Below are positions 40,441 through 50,738 of a DNA stretch of 64,000 bases, in pieces (position 1 is the first letter of the stretch; each line of letters starts with the position of its first letter). Under the pieces are notes generated by a model. That model saw nothing but the letters and a program-made list of their open reading frames with translations, was not told the origin of the DNA and made no database searches. The position numbers and the translations under genes were made by a program. Source of the stretch: Bacteroidota bacterium (GTDB lineage: Bacteria; Bacteroidota; Bacteroidia; Chitinophagales; JADIYW01); contig CAUJCO010000013.1 of assembly GCA_963169645.1 (NCBI GenBank), positions 469,923 to 533,922 on the forward strand. Direction: 5' to 3'.

Positions 40441-41265
40441 TTATGGTTCTATTTTCTCATTTCTATAAAACCAATACAACAAAAAAGCACTAATGCCGGT
40501 AAAAAAATGCCACAAGGCATGTCCTTGGTAAATGGATATCGGATTACAAGCTATTTTTTTTAAGTCTATGGTGCGAAGCACAAATGCACCTATCAAAAAA
40601 AGAAGACTTAAAATAAGTGTCGTGAAATGATAACGCTGTTTATTTCTTACATAATTCAATGCTGTAAACCCAATTAAAACTACTATTAATAACGGTAATA
40701 AAATAAAGCTGCTAACCACTAAATGTAGTTTTATAAATGCAACGATACAAACTATCAATAGTAAAATATAATAAATAGGACGTATTCGCTTTGGCTCAAA
40801 ATATCGGAAAATACTAATGCCAATTAACACAATGCAAATACTATACGTTGCATTCATATCCAACCGTTGCCCTATCCAAGAAAGTGATGCATGAAAAAAT
40901 GAACTTCCCATACACAAGTAGATGAGGCAACTGCCAAATAAAATGGTGATAGCCGGAAACTGTTGTATCGCATTAATTGGAGTTGCTGTTTTGTTTTTAA
41001 CATCGTGTATTCCAATCAACAAAACAATACAGCCTAAAAAGAAATACATTAAGTTGGAATACGTATTCATTGTTTGTCGAAAAAAATGCGTTGATTTATC
41101 TAACTCACAATACTCTGCAGTAAGTACTGATTTACTTTGTTGTATTTGCTGCCAATATTGACCATCATAATTGACATTCAAATAAAGATAAAGCAGCAAT
41201 AAAAACAACGTTGCTACTGCTGATAAACTATATATTTTGTAAATCTGTACTTTAGACATATACAA
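40441..41265 (-). CDS. 7-TM membrane protein with alkaline-ceramidase-like motifs (tentative)
   Basis: Ordered motifs NTYSNLMYF, SSFFHASL, QRLDMNATY and HALWHFFTG resemble the N-x-SN / FH / D / HxxWH pattern of the ceramidase (aPHC/ACER) family. Confidence 0.5.
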   Translation of the reverse strand: MYMSKVQIYKIYSLSAVATLFLLLLYLYLNVNYDGQYWQQIQQSKSVLTAEYCELDKSTHFFRQTMNTYSNLMYFFLGCIVLLIGIHDVKNKTATPINAIQQFPAITILFGSCLIYLCMGSSFFHASLSWIGQRLDMNATYSICIVLIGISIFRYFEPKRIRPIYYILLLIVCIVAFIKLHLVVSSFILLPLLIVVLIGFTALNYVRNKQRYHFTTLILSLLFLIGAFVLRTIDLKKIACNPISIYQGHALWHFFTGISAFLLYWFYRNEKIEP

Positions 41266-41270
41266 ATATA

Positions 41271-41299
41271 AAGAAGGGCTCGCTTCGCGAACCCTTCTT
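41271..41299 (-). terminator. Rho-independent terminator downstream of ftsH
   Basis: Stem aagaaggg / cccttctt, with an inner tcgc-ttc-gcga helix. T-rich downstream on the minus strand. Confidence 0.65.
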
Positions 41300-41320
41300 T
41301 ATATTATTCTCTAAAAAATT

Positions 41321-43261
41321 TTATGAAAATGAAACCGGTAGTGGTTCTTCATCAAATGCACGTTTGCCAATTAACGTTTCCAAATCAGATTTGAATAAGA
41401 TTTCTTTTTCCAATAATGCTTTTGCGATGGTAGTTAATTGTTCTTTTCGCTCTGTCAATAAGTTTAAGGTACGTTGGTATGCAGAGTCGATTAATTTGCG
41501 CACTTCATCATCGATTACTTTGGCTGTCTCATCAGAGTAAGGCTTCGTAAAAGTAGTATCTTGTTGTGGATCGTAAAAAGATACGTTTCCAACTTTATCG
41601 TTCATACCATAAACTGTTACCATTGCGTATGCCAACTGCGTAATGCGTTGCAAATCGTTTTGTGCACCGGTAGATACTTTTCCGAAAATAATTTCTTCTG
41701 CTGCTCTTCCGCCTAAAGTCATACAAATTTCGTCCATCAATTGTTCTGTGCGATACAGATATTGTTCTTTAGGTAAATACTGAGCATAGCCGAGTGCCGC
41801 AATACCGCGTGGAATTATGGTTACTTTCAGCAATGGATGTGCGTGCTCCAAGTACCAACCGCAGATGGCGTGTCCGGCTTCGTGGTATGCAATTATTTCT
41901 TTTTCTTGTGGTGAGATGATTTTATTTTTCTTTTCCAAACCACCGATACTTCTGTCAATTGCTTCGTTAAAATCTTCTACTTCTACTTGAGTTTTCTCTT
42001 TTCGTGCAGCTACCAAAGCTGCTTCATTACACACGTTGGCAATTTCTGCACCGGCAAAACCCGGTGTTAAAGAGGAAAGTTTTTCCGGTGTTACATCCGG
42101 TCCAAGCTTGGTTAATTTTTTTAAATGTACTTTAAAGATTTGCTCTCTACCTTTTTGATCCGGTTTGTCGATAGAAATTTGTCTATCAAAACGTCCCGGT
42201 CGCAACAATGCTGAATCTAATACATCGGGACGGTTGGTCGCCGCTAACATGATGATACCTTTATCGCCACTAAAACCATCCATTTCCACCAATAATTGGT
42301 TTAGCGTACTTTCGCGTTCGTCATTACTTTGCATTATATTTTTTCCGCGTGCACGTCCAACAGCATCTATCTCATCAATAAAAATAATACAAGGTGCTTT
42401 TTCACGAGCTTGTTTAAATAAATCGCGTACGCGAGAGGCACCTACACCGACGAACATCTCTACGAAATCCGAACCGGAAATGGAAAAGAACGGAACTTGT
42501 GCTTCGCCGGCCATTGCTTTTGCCAACAATGTTTTTCCGGTTCCGGGAGGACCCACCAACAAAACACCTTTTGGAATTTTTGCACCTAATGCCGTATATT
42601 TTTTCGGATTTTTTAAGAAGTCAACCACCTCTTTCACTTCTTCTTTTGCTTCGTCTAATCCGGCTACATCATCAAAAGTAACATTCACTTTCATGTCTTT
42701 ATCGTACAAGTTAGCTTTGGATTTTCCGATATTGAAAATTTGTCCACCGGAGCCGCCCATGCCACCGGTTGCCCGACGCATCAAAAACATCCACACACCG
42801 ATTAACAAAACGAACGGTAATAACCAACCGATAATATCGAAAATACCTTTTCTGTATTCGTTGGTACGTTTAATTCGGCTTTCATACGGAATATCTTTTT
42901 GTGCAGCGTCTAATTTTTGTTGAAATGTTTCGATAGAAGAAATTTCAAAAGCGTAATGTGGTCCTTTGTTGATGGATTTTAATTTTGTAGTTCGAACATC
43001 TGCATATTGTTTTTTGGCTTTTAACGAATCCAACTTGATATATACTTCTACTTGTTCTTTATTGACAATCGTGATTTTAGACACATCACCGGATGGCACT
43101 AATTTTAAGAAGAAAAAATCTTCGTCAATATTTTTTATTTGAAAGTTGAGCGATAAAAATTGTGTTGCCAGCAATCCTACAATAAGAATAGCGAATAGCC
43201 AATAGCTATTAAAACCGCCTTTCTTTTTTTTCGGCTCTTCGTTTTCGGGTTTAAAATCCAT
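41321..43261 (-). CDS. ftsH: ATP-dependent zinc metalloprotease FtsH
   Basis: Two N-terminal TM segments. AAA+ Walker A GPPGTGKT, Walker [12 protein letters not shown], and zinc motif HEAGHA. Confidence 0.95.
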   Translation of the reverse strand: MDFKPENEEPKKKKGGFNSYWLFAILIVGLLATQFLSLNFQIKNIDEDFFFLKLVPSGDVSKITIVNKEQVEVYIKLDSLKAKKQYADVRTTKLKSINKGPHYAFEISSIETFQQKLDAAQKDIPYESRIKRTNEYRKGIFDIIGWLLPFVLLIGVWMFLMRRATGGMGGSGGQIFNIGKSKANLYDKDMKVNVTFDDVAGLDEAKEEVKEVVDFLKNPKKYTALGAKIPKGVLLVGPPGTGKTLLAKAMAGEAQVPFFSISGSDFVEMFVGVGASRVRDLFKQAREKAPCIIFIDEIDAVGRARGKNIMQSNDERESTLNQLLVEMDGFSGDKGIIMLAATNRPDVLDSALLRPGRFDRQISIDKPDQKGREQIFKVHLKKLTKLGPDVTPEKLSSLTPGFAGAEIANVCNEAALVAARKEKTQVEVEDFNEAIDRSIGGLEKKNKIISPQEKEIIAYHEAGHAICGWYLEHAHPLLKVTIIPRGIAALGYAQYLPKEQYLYRTEQLMDEICMTLGGRAAEEIIFGKVSTGAQNDLQRITQLAYAMVTVYGMNDKVGNVSFYDPQQDTTFTKPYSDETAKVIDDEVRKLIDSAYQRTLNLLTERKEQLTTIAKALLEKEILFKSDLETLIGKRAFDEEPLPVSFS

Positions 43262-43355
43262 TTTTAAGTATTATAATTTGAATAAACGTAATGTAAAAGA
43301 AAATTGTTCAATTAAGTTAACAGAAGTATTGTATTCTTAGTGTTAATTTTTGTTT

Positions 43356-43742
43356 TTAATCATAGTGTTTAAAGATGGCATCACTCCATAAATCTTCTAA
43401 TTGAAAAAATGCTCTTTTTTCTTCTTGAAAAACATGTACGATGATATCGCCAAAATCGATCAAACACCACTCTGCATTGGAACGACCTTCTATATGGTAC
43501 GGTTTGATGGCAACTTTGGTGCGTGCTTCTTCTTCAATATTATCTACAATAGCTCGAACTTGTGTTGTAGATGCTGCATGACAGATAATAAAATAGTCCG
43601 ACATTGCTTCCGGAATATGTCTTAAATCCAAGCTTAAGATGTTATTGGCTTTCTTGTCTTGCATGGCTGTAACAATCAGTTGGCTCAAGTCTTCTGCAGA
43701 CGTTGATTTTACTTTTGTTTTTCTTATTTTTGCTTTTTCCAA
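43356..43742 (-). CDS. rsfS: ribosome silencing factor RsfS
   Basis: 128 aa with DYFIICHAASTTQVRAI and W.LIDFGDIIVHVF motifs. Confidence 0.9.
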   Translation of the reverse strand: MEKAKIRKTKVKSTSAEDLSQLIVTAMQDKKANNILSLDLRHIPEAMSDYFIICHAASTTQVRAIVDNIEEEARTKVAIKPYHIEGRSNAEWCLIDFGDIIVHVFQEEKRAFFQLEDLWSDAIFKHYD

Positions 43743-43799
43743 TAGATATTTTTTTAATTTTTTTACTCTAAAGAGTACGTTCTACAAATCTACTAAATT

Positions 43800-44582
43800 T
43801 TGGATATTATAATAAACAATACCTTATTTACGGGCAAGTTATTAATACATTTACCGACGGTAGATTCTACCAATGATTATGCAAAAGCGTATATAGCAAA
43901 AAACAGTCCAATTGATGGAACTGTCATTTTAGCAGACGAACAATTTGCCGGACGCGGACAAGTTGGAAATACTTGGATTGCTGAAAGCCATAAAAACCTG
44001 ACATTTAGTATCATTTACAAGACTGATTTTTTGCTGGCAAGTGAACAATTTTGGCTCAACAAAGCAATTTCTATCGGCATTGCTGTTGCCACGTCTAAAT
44101 TTATTCAAAACAAAATACCACACCAACCCAACCGCATTGCTGTAAAATGGCCGAATGATATATTTTATGATGCAAATAAAATGGCGGGCATTTTAATTGA
44201 AAATACAATACAAGGTTTACACCTAAAGTATTCTATTATTGGAATCGGATTTAATATCAACCAAACCTATTTTCCGGAAAACATACGTGCAACCAGTTTA
44301 CATACTAGTATGGATTCGCACATAGATAAGTATGAATTTTTAGAACAACTTTTATCGTCTATTGAAAAATATTTGTTGTTGCTAAAAAACAAACACTTTG
44401 AAACATTAAAGCAACTTTATACCAACTTTCTATATCAATATAATTGCTGGGCAGATTATCAAAAAGGCGATAGTTGTTTTAAAGGAAAAATTTTAGATGT
44501 GGATGCGATGGGATATTTACAAATGGAAACTGCAAATGGAATGGAGCAATTTGGATTTAAGGAAATTCGGTTTATAGTATAA
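43800..44582 (+). CDS. birA: biotin--[acetyl-CoA-carboxylase] ligase (group I, no HTH domain)
   Basis: GRGQVGNTW (GRGRxGRxW motif), KWPNDI, GILIE. TTG start. Confidence 0.85.
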   Translation: MDIIINNTLFTGKLLIHLPTVDSTNDYAKAYIAKNSPIDGTVILADEQFAGRGQVGNTWIAESHKNLTFSIIYKTDFLLASEQFWLNKAISIGIAVATSKFIQNKIPHQPNRIAVKWPNDIFYDANKMAGILIENTIQGLHLKYSIIGIGFNINQTYFPENIRATSLHTSMDSHIDKYEFLEQLLSSIEKYLLLLKNKHFETLKQLYTNFLYQYNCWADYQKGDSCFKGKILDVDAMGYLQMETANGMEQFGFKEIRFIV

Positions 44583-44640
44583 GAAGAAAACCGTCTTGCA
44601 TGCAGCAAAACGGTCTGAAATATAGGTTGTTAATAAATTT

Positions 44641-45147
44641 TTAATCTATAAAACTAATTTGACCATTGGTGATAATAACAGAATCGGTTTGCGTAATATT
44701 ATATAAAACGCCGTAAAAAGTACCTTCTATATATCTTAAATGATCGGAAGCACTTCCTGCAATATTTGTAATAGTAAATATAAGACGTGATTTATTCGAG
44801 CCACCGCTGTTGGTAAACAAATCATCTCCATCTTCCCATTGAGCAAAATTAAAAAGCGAATAATTATTTTTATTGATGGTATAAGTACCTGTACCTATAA
44901 TTTTATTATAATTAATTGAAAAGTCTTTATCCCCTTTTTCTGCATCTAATTGGAAGACAGTATCAGCTCTGATGTGTGCATCAGCATCTTCTACATCTGT
45001 ATCACCGGTGGTTACTGAAAAAGGAACACCATTTGCTAATAAAGAAATTTGTTGTTGGTGTTTTGCACCTATATTGTCTTTGCCACAAGATGCAACAAGT
45101 GTAATAATACTAAAGAATGCTATTGCTTTTAATAATTGATTTTTCAT
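44641..45147 (-). CDS. hypothetical lipoprotein (168 aa)
   Basis: Lipoprotein signal FFSIITLVASC from Met at 45147. The longer track ORF (to 45222) would run through the upstream terminator. Confidence 0.5.
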   Translation of the reverse strand: MKNQLLKAIAFFSIITLVASCGKDNIGAKHQQQISLLANGVPFSVTTGDTDVEDADAHIRADTVFQLDAEKGDKDFSINYNKIIGTGTYTINKNNYSLFNFAQWEDGDDLFTNSGGSNKSRLIFTITNIAGSASDHLRYIEGTFYGVLYNITQTDSVIITNGQISFID

Positions 45148-45184
45148 GCGTATTGTTTTTAATTTTAGGAAATAATTTTCTTTA

Positions 45185-45214
45185 TAAAAAAGCCGTCTCG
45201 TCATAGACGAGACG
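45185..45214 (-). terminator. Rho-independent terminator after the 45276-46067 lipoprotein gene
   Basis: Stem cgtctcgtc-ata-gacgagacg, followed by a T-run on the minus strand (A-run 45186-45191 on plus). Confidence 0.7.
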
Positions 45215-45275
45215 ACAGACATCCTATTGAACCAATTAGTCTTTATGAAAAAAAACAGGATGCCATATTTTTTTA

Positions 45276-46067
45276 TTAATCTTTATAATAAAAATACTTT
45301 GTCGTATCCGAACTTGTTAGTACGTTTCCGGGCTGATTGTATGCTTTCCAAATTTGTTGTGTTACCAATCCATCGCTATCCAATTCATATTCGTATTCAA
45401 AAGTTCGACGAAGTGTCATACTATTTAGCATATCATAATACAATCGTTTTTTTACTAAGTGTTTGGTTGGTTTGCCAAAATATTTTTCTAATGCAAAAGA
45501 AAACAGCACATTCTGTGGTTTGTCTAAGTAATATTCAAATACAATGGAATCTTTTGTAGATAACAATGGAAAATCTAACCTATTAACTGTAGCAATCCAA
45601 TAGGTGTAATCATCCTCGCTATTATAATATTTTAAATAGTCGTTTATATAAGTATTATAATTAGATATAGATCTTATGTTTCTCTTTTCTGAATCATTAT
45701 AATAGCGATCTCGATTGTTAAAAAGTAATGTGTTTAGGTTTGTAAAACGAGCTGTATCAAAAAGTCCATCTGCATTTATTCGATAGAAACCGGAATGAGT
45801 ATTCGACGAATTCGTGTAATATTCTGCCAGAAATTGATTTCCACTCTTTGTAAATACTCTTCTATATACCGTTGACGGATTATAGCTGTAAATCGTTCTT
45901 GTTTCTACATTTTCGCCGGTATAAATGTAATTGGTCGTATCTGTATTCCCGTTTGAATAACGGATAGCTTGTTTTATCTTAATAGTAGTGTAATCAAAGG
46001 TGGTTTTTTCTTTTTTACAGGCACTAAATAGGAGTGTTATTATTCCAAAAAATAGTATTTTTTTCAT
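45276..46067 (-). CDS. hypothetical lipoprotein, 263 aa, with YD-like motif
   Basis: Lipoprotein signal ITLLFSAC. Tyr/Asn-rich. C-terminal YEYELDSDGLVTQQ motif shared with the neighbouring gene. Confidence 0.55.
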   Translation of the reverse strand: MKKILFFGIITLLFSACKKEKTTFDYTTIKIKQAIRYSNGNTDTTNYIYTGENVETRTIYSYNPSTVYRRVFTKSGNQFLAEYYTNSSNTHSGFYRINADGLFDTARFTNLNTLLFNNRDRYYNDSEKRNIRSISNYNTYINDYLKYYNSEDDYTYWIATVNRLDFPLLSTKDSIVFEYYLDKPQNVLFSFALEKYFGKPTKHLVKKRLYYDMLNSMTLRRTFEYEYELDSDGLVTQQIWKAYNQPGNVLTSSDTTKYFYYKD

Positions 46068-46091
46068 ATTTATTTATTTATATAATGATTA

Positions 46092-46883
46092 TTAATTGCA
46101 TATATATTCCAGTTTATAATTGGTGCTCTCAGTAAATGATGTATTACTTCGTAATTCATTGTATTCTATAACATTTCCATCACTATCAAATAAGTAGTTA
46201 TAACTGAAATTATCTACAAATGAGCCTTCCGTAGATACAATAGAAGTAGGCAAATTAGCTGATGATTTTCCTAATAATGGGTATAATGATAAATAGCCTG
46301 ATAAAATAGAAAAAGGTTCAGTGTGCCCATTCCAATAAAAGTTCCAAGTTTTGTTTTTATCTGTTCCGTAAGTGTAATTAATGGTTTGATAAATAGAATT
46401 ATTACTTAATCGTGTTATTTTTTGAGTTAAATTTCCATTGGTATATATCAAAGTGTCTCTTTTGTATAAATCATATGGTCCAGACAATGTTTGCTCAGTA
46501 GATATTAGATATCCATCACTATTATATTTAAAAGCATAATAATACCTTGTCAAACCAATTGTATATGCATATTCCTCGAATGAAATTAATCGTCCTTGTG
46601 AATCGAATAATAAAGTAGCTGAGTTATATAGAGTATCTACATTGGGATCTCGAAATTCTAACGTTCCGGACAATCCCGCATAAGTAATTTTCATCTTACT
46701 ACCACCAGGAACATAATACTCAGTTATTCGTCCTTGATTATCATACTTAATAGTACGTTTGTGGGTTATATCATTATTTATTGTAATAGATGAAATTGAA
46801 CACTTATTTGCATTCTTTTCTTTAGTGCATGAAACCGCAAAGATGATAAATAGTGTTGCTGTTAAAATACGTATCGTTTTCAT
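46092..46883 (-). CDS. hypothetical lipoprotein, 263 aa, with four YD-repeat-like motifs
   Basis: Lipoprotein signal LFIIFAVSC. Motifs YDNQGRITEY, FDSQGRLISF, YNSDGYLIST and FDSDGNVIEY resemble the YDxxGRL(I/T) core of YD/RHS repeats. Confidence 0.55.
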   Translation of the reverse strand: MKTIRILTATLFIIFAVSCTKEKNANKCSISSITINNDITHKRTIKYDNQGRITEYYVPGGSKMKITYAGLSGTLEFRDPNVDTLYNSATLLFDSQGRLISFEEYAYTIGLTRYYYAFKYNSDGYLISTEQTLSGPYDLYKRDTLIYTNGNLTQKITRLSNNSIYQTINYTYGTDKNKTWNFYWNGHTEPFSILSGYLSLYPLLGKSSANLPTSIVSTEGSFVDNFSYNYLFDSDGNVIEYNELRSNTSFTESTNYKLEYICN

Positions 46884-46904
46884 TTTTAAAGTATTTATTG
46901 ATTA

Positions 46905-48302
46905 CTACATTTTAATAAATTCAACGCGTCTATTATTGGCTTTTCCTTCAGCTGTTGTATTGTTATCTGCCGGTTGTGATTCGCCTTTACCTTCTGTTTC
47001 CATACGACTGTTATCAATACCAAACTCTTTGTTTAGAGCTGCTTTCACGGCATCTGCACGTTTTTTAGAAAGTGTCATGTTGCTGGCTTCATCGCCATCG
47101 CTGTCGGTATGGCCTACAATTTTTACACGCACATCCGGATTTTCTGTCATTACAGCAGCAAAATCTTTTAATGTACCATACGATTCACCTTTAATTTTAT
47201 CGCTATTTACATCAAACTTGATTCCGGTTGTAGAATATTTTCCGATTTCCAAAAATTTATGTCGCGTATCCGGAGCACCCACAGCCACTCGAATGTTACT
47301 CAAGAAATAAGCATTGTCTTCAACGTGGTATCCATCGGCTCTGAAACCCATAAAATTGTATTTTGCAGTAGCACTGAATGCTTTTGGAATATCCCAAATT
47401 TTTGTTTCGTTAATATACACGCGTAAACGTTGTTTTTGTCGCCAGATAGATACTTTCACTACATTTTTATTCTCGTGATTGAAGTCCGGAAAATCTGTTT
47501 GGTTTCTGATAATGTCTTCTCCGTTTTCATCATAAGTAGTAATAAATTTTTGTCCCATTGCATTTCCGCCAGCTGCTTCCGGATGAATGGCAATTTCTAC
47601 TCCATTATTTCGATTATTGCCAAAACGTTTCCAATTAATATAGTTTTTTGCAGGGTTCGCTAATGGTGCAAAAATGAAATTAAATGAAGTGGAATAGTAA
47701 CTAAAAGGTTGTGTACACGCAACATTAAACTCTACTGTAAAGTTTTCAGGTAAATTGGTTACAAATTCAGGATAAATGATGCTTTCCGGTCCAAACTTCA
47801 ACCATTTTCCTTGTTGTCCATCAATCGTAACTATTTCTCCGGTTCCGTTTGTATTCCACTTTGCCGGAAAATCGCCTACTGCATCTTGAGAGAAATTCTC
47901 TTCAGCAATTACTTTTTCACCCGGAATAAAATCAAATTTACCATATGCTTTTAAACTGCTGTTGGAAGTAGCATTGGAATTATTGTTTTTGGAAGATGAT
48001 TTTTCAGTAGAATTGCCTTCGCTGCCGTTCTCTTCATTATCTGCATTATTCGATGATGATTTTGAATTTTTAGATTTAGTGTTACTATTTTTCACACTTT
48101 CTTTTGCACTACTCTTCGACTTTTCGTATGCTTTGTCTGCCGCGTTATTAATTTCGCTCTCAATTTTTTGTTGTGCTTTATTACTAAGTCCATCTACAAT
48201 TCTATCACCTATGCTTCCCCATTGTGCAGATGCAGTTGGCATATAAATTAAAAAAGCCGCAAATACAGTAGCTAACATTACCCAATTTTTCATAGTGCTC
48301 AT
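46905..48302 (-). CDS. OmpA family protein with S/N/K-rich low-complexity region
   Basis: C-terminal OmpA_C motif: VGHTDSDGDEASNMTLSKKRADAV...NRRVEF. Signal peptide from Met at 48302 (MSTMKNWVMLATVFAAFLIYMPTASA). Confidence 0.8.
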   Translation of the reverse strand: MSTMKNWVMLATVFAAFLIYMPTASAQWGSIGDRIVDGLSNKAQQKIESEINNAADKAYEKSKSSAKESVKNSNTKSKNSKSSSNNADNEENGSEGNSTEKSSSKNNNSNATSNSSLKAYGKFDFIPGEKVIAEENFSQDAVGDFPAKWNTNGTGEIVTIDGQQGKWLKFGPESIIYPEFVTNLPENFTVEFNVACTQPFSYYSTSFNFIFAPLANPAKNYINWKRFGNNRNNGVEIAIHPEAAGGNAMGQKFITTYDENGEDIIRNQTDFPDFNHENKNVVKVSIWRQKQRLRVYINETKIWDIPKAFSATAKYNFMGFRADGYHVEDNAYFLSNIRVAVGAPDTRHKFLEIGKYSTTGIKFDVNSDKIKGESYGTLKDFAAVMTENPDVRVKIVGHTDSDGDEASNMTLSKKRADAVKAALNKEFGIDNSRMETEGKGESQPADNNTTAEGKANNRRVEFIKM

Positions 48303-48517
48303 TTTTTTGTTATTTACGAAAATGATTTCTTTTAAAATTATCATGATTTTATATAGAAATCAACCAATAAAATACAATTCTTGAATAAAATTAAACCATC
48401 AATAGTGAAACAGTAGCGTTAATGAGTATTCGGGCGAAATGAGTTAGTATTTGTATTCTCTTTAAAAATTGGAAATATAAAAATGCTTCTTTATTTTCGT
48501 CTTCTAAAGTTGAATAT

Positions 48518-49051
48518 ATGACAAACTATCCTATAGGAACAAAAGTAGAGCATCCAAAATATGGCATTGGTGTAATTATAGATGATAGTGATGAATATTC
48601 CTATAATCTTTATTTTAAAGAACATGGCGAAAAGGAAATATCTAAAACATTTGATGGTTATGTACTACTAAAGTTGGTAGAAAAAGATTCGAATGCTGTT
48701 TCGATAGATCAAATAAAATCTTTATTAGAAAATATTATTGAACCACTTACAGAACCATTGGAAGATTGCAAAATAGCAGAAAAATGGCAAGGTGGCAACT
48801 TGATACTGCAACCGCAAGACACCGCTTTGCAATCCAAGGAAATTCCGATAGAAACATTTTTTCATAAAATTGTAATGACTCGAGACAGGCTTCGCGTTAT
48901 GGAACAAAAAATCAATGCCTCTAAAATATCTGATGCAGACAAAGTAGAATTACAACAATATATCACCCGAATATATGGCAGTTTAACCACTTTTAATGTG
49001 CTTTTCCGTTTCAAAGAAGACCAATTTAAAGGCACCGGTGGTGGTGAATAA
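48518..49051 (+). CDS. hypothetical protein (177 aa)
   Basis: The ORF has coding-like composition. No signal peptide and no recognised motif. Confidence 0.45.
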   Translation: MTNYPIGTKVEHPKYGIGVIIDDSDEYSYNLYFKEHGEKEISKTFDGYVLLKLVEKDSNAVSIDQIKSLLENIIEPLTEPLEDCKIAEKWQGGNLILQPQDTALQSKEIPIETFFHKIVMTRDRLRVMEQKINASKISDADKVELQQYITRIYGSLTTFNVLFRFKEDQFKGTGGGE

Positions 49052-49127
49052 GCATCTTAATATTAATTTTTATTGCCATATAAAATATTTATGTGTAACT
49101 TTCGTTTAAGGTTTATACAATTTTATT

Positions 49128-49367
49128 ATGCAACAAATTTTTACACCAGAATTACTTGTTAAACATCTTTACAACGAAACGACACCGGAAGAAGCTATAG
49201 CCATAGAAGATGCTTTAACTACGAATGTCGCTTTACAAACAGTTTACAGACAACTTCAAGCTACAAAATATGCCTTAGATGAAGAAGATGGCGGCACACC
49301 GCCTTCATCCGTACTACAAAAAATAAAAGCTTATTCTGTAGCACAATCCTTGGTTATTGCTGAATAA
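49128..49367 (+). CDS. hypothetical protein (79 aa)
   Basis: ORF only. Acidic and helical in composition. Confidence 0.4.
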   Translation: MQQIFTPELLVKHLYNETTPEEAIAIEDALTTNVALQTVYRQLQATKYALDEEDGGTPPSSVLQKIKAYSVAQSLVIAE

Positions 49368-49438
49368 GCGGGTTTTCTTCTTTTTACAATTTCATACTAT
49401 GCTAATTCCGTATTGGTAATTGCATTTTTATATTTTAC

Positions 49439-49446
49439 TATTTTTG
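49439..49446 (+). promoter_or_regulatory. TAnnTTTG -7 promoter box upstream of trmB
   Basis: TATTTTTG ends 12 nt before the GTG at 49459. It lies inside the longer track ORF, which argues for the GTG start. Confidence 0.4.
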
Positions 49447-49458
49447 CAAAAAAATATT

Positions 49459-50106
49459 GTGGCCTCCAAATCAAAATTGCAGAAGTTTGCTGAATTAGCC
49501 GATAATCCGATCGTTTTTGAGAAGAACAACGCGATGAAAGGAAATTGGAATACTTCATTTTTTAAAAACAATCATCCAATTGTTATAGAGTTGGCTTGCG
49601 GAAAAGGCGATTACACCTTAGGTATGGCAAAACTATTTCCCGAAAAAAATTTTATTGGAGTAGATATTAAAGGCAATCGGCTTTGGAGTGCTGCACGCGT
49701 TGCCAACTTGGAAAATTTAACGAATGTTGCTTTTGTTCGCGAGCAGATAGACCAATTAGAAAATTATTTTGATGCCGGTGAGGTAAGCGAAATTTGGATA
49801 ACTTTTTCTGATCCGTTTCCGCGAAAAGGTGATGCCAAACGCCGACTTACATCGCAGAAATTTCTGCCTATTTATAAAAAAATCATACAAGCAAATGGAA
49901 TCATTCACGTAAAAACCGATAGCGATTTGTTGTATGAATTTACCAAAGAAATGCTGACCGTTATTCCATCTACTATTTTAAAAGATTATGCTGATGTATA
50001 TGCTATGCAAAAAAACGACGAATTGTACGGCATACAAACCTATTATGAAAAGATGCACTTGCGCGACAATCGGACAATTAAATACCTACGTTTTCAGTTG
50101 ATATAA
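49459..50106 (+). CDS. trmB: tRNA (guanine-N7)-methyltransferase
   Basis: SKLQKFAE N-terminus, SAM motif ELACGKGDY, and IWITFSDPFPRK. GTG start is preferred over the TTG at 49420. Confidence 0.85.
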   Translation: MASKSKLQKFAELADNPIVFEKNNAMKGNWNTSFFKNNHPIVIELACGKGDYTLGMAKLFPEKNFIGVDIKGNRLWSAARVANLENLTNVAFVREQIDQLENYFDAGEVSEIWITFSDPFPRKGDAKRRLTSQKFLPIYKKIIQANGIIHVKTDSDLLYEFTKEMLTVIPSTILKDYADVYAMQKNDELYGIQTYYEKMHLRDNRTIKYLRFQLI

Positions 50107-50115
50107 TCGAGTGCT

Positions 50116-50682
50116 TCAAAAGCCAATTATTTCTAATAAATCCGCGTATTTATCTACCATGCTAAAGCCTGTTTTTTCCTCTTTCTGACAGGTGATTTGA
50201 ATACCATAAGGTGCTAATTTATCGATGATAGATGTAATATTTTCGTTCGTGAAAGCTGTTTCAATAAAGACCTTGTTAGATGCAATAAACTGCTGAATAA
50301 TCGGGTTTTCTATCTCATTTAAATTCAATTTCAACACATAATAATCCGATGATACAGGTTGATTTTTTAGAATCGTATCTACATCAACGGTAATGAATTT
50401 TTCAAAATTTAAGTCGGACAAATCTGTGTGTTGTATGGGAATTTGAATCTCATTAAGCGATAATTGTTGTGCCAAATATTCTATTTCCTCTTTTGATTGA
50501 TGTACACCAAATTCGCCTACTACCACTGGAACATGCAACCATTGTATAATCTCATTTGCCTTCGGGAAACTAATATTATTTTCATCTAACACATCAAAAC
50601 AAAAACCAACATAATGTGCACCTGCAGCACTGAAAAATCGGGCATCCGTTAAGTTGGTAATGGAAGCTATTTTAAGTTGCAT
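50116..50682 (-). CDS. phosphoribosylanthranilate isomerase-like protein (divergent, not in a trp operon)
   Basis: The N-terminus MQLKIASITNLTDARFFSAAGAHYVGFCF parallels the TrpF KICGIT...A...GAD.LGF.F pattern. The rest is divergent. Confidence 0.45.
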   Translation of the reverse strand: MQLKIASITNLTDARFFSAAGAHYVGFCFDVLDENNISFPKANEIIQWLHVPVVVGEFGVHQSKEEIEYLAQQLSLNEIQIPIQHTDLSDLNFEKFITVDVDTILKNQPVSSDYYVLKLNLNEIENPIIQQFIASNKVFIETAFTNENITSIIDKLAPYGIQITCQKEEKTGFSMVDKYADLLEIIGF

Positions 50683-50738
50683 AAATTAATATTTTTAGAT
50701 TTAAAGAAAGATACTACCGAAAAGTACTCCATCTTATT

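Noticed and set aside
42165-42923. A 252-aa plus-strand ORF inside ftsH, together with similar long antisense ORFs at 32745-33308, 37017-37406, 46759-47310 and 54429-54824
   Set aside because: Each lies entirely within a confidently identified gene on the opposite strand. Their low-complexity or implausible composition marks them as shadow ORFs.
47960-48110. A repetitive-looking S/N/K-rich coding segment in the OmpA-family gene, considered as a possible DNA repeat or contingency locus
   Set aside because: This is compositional low complexity at the protein level without a regular nucleotide repeat unit. It is consistent with a disordered linker.
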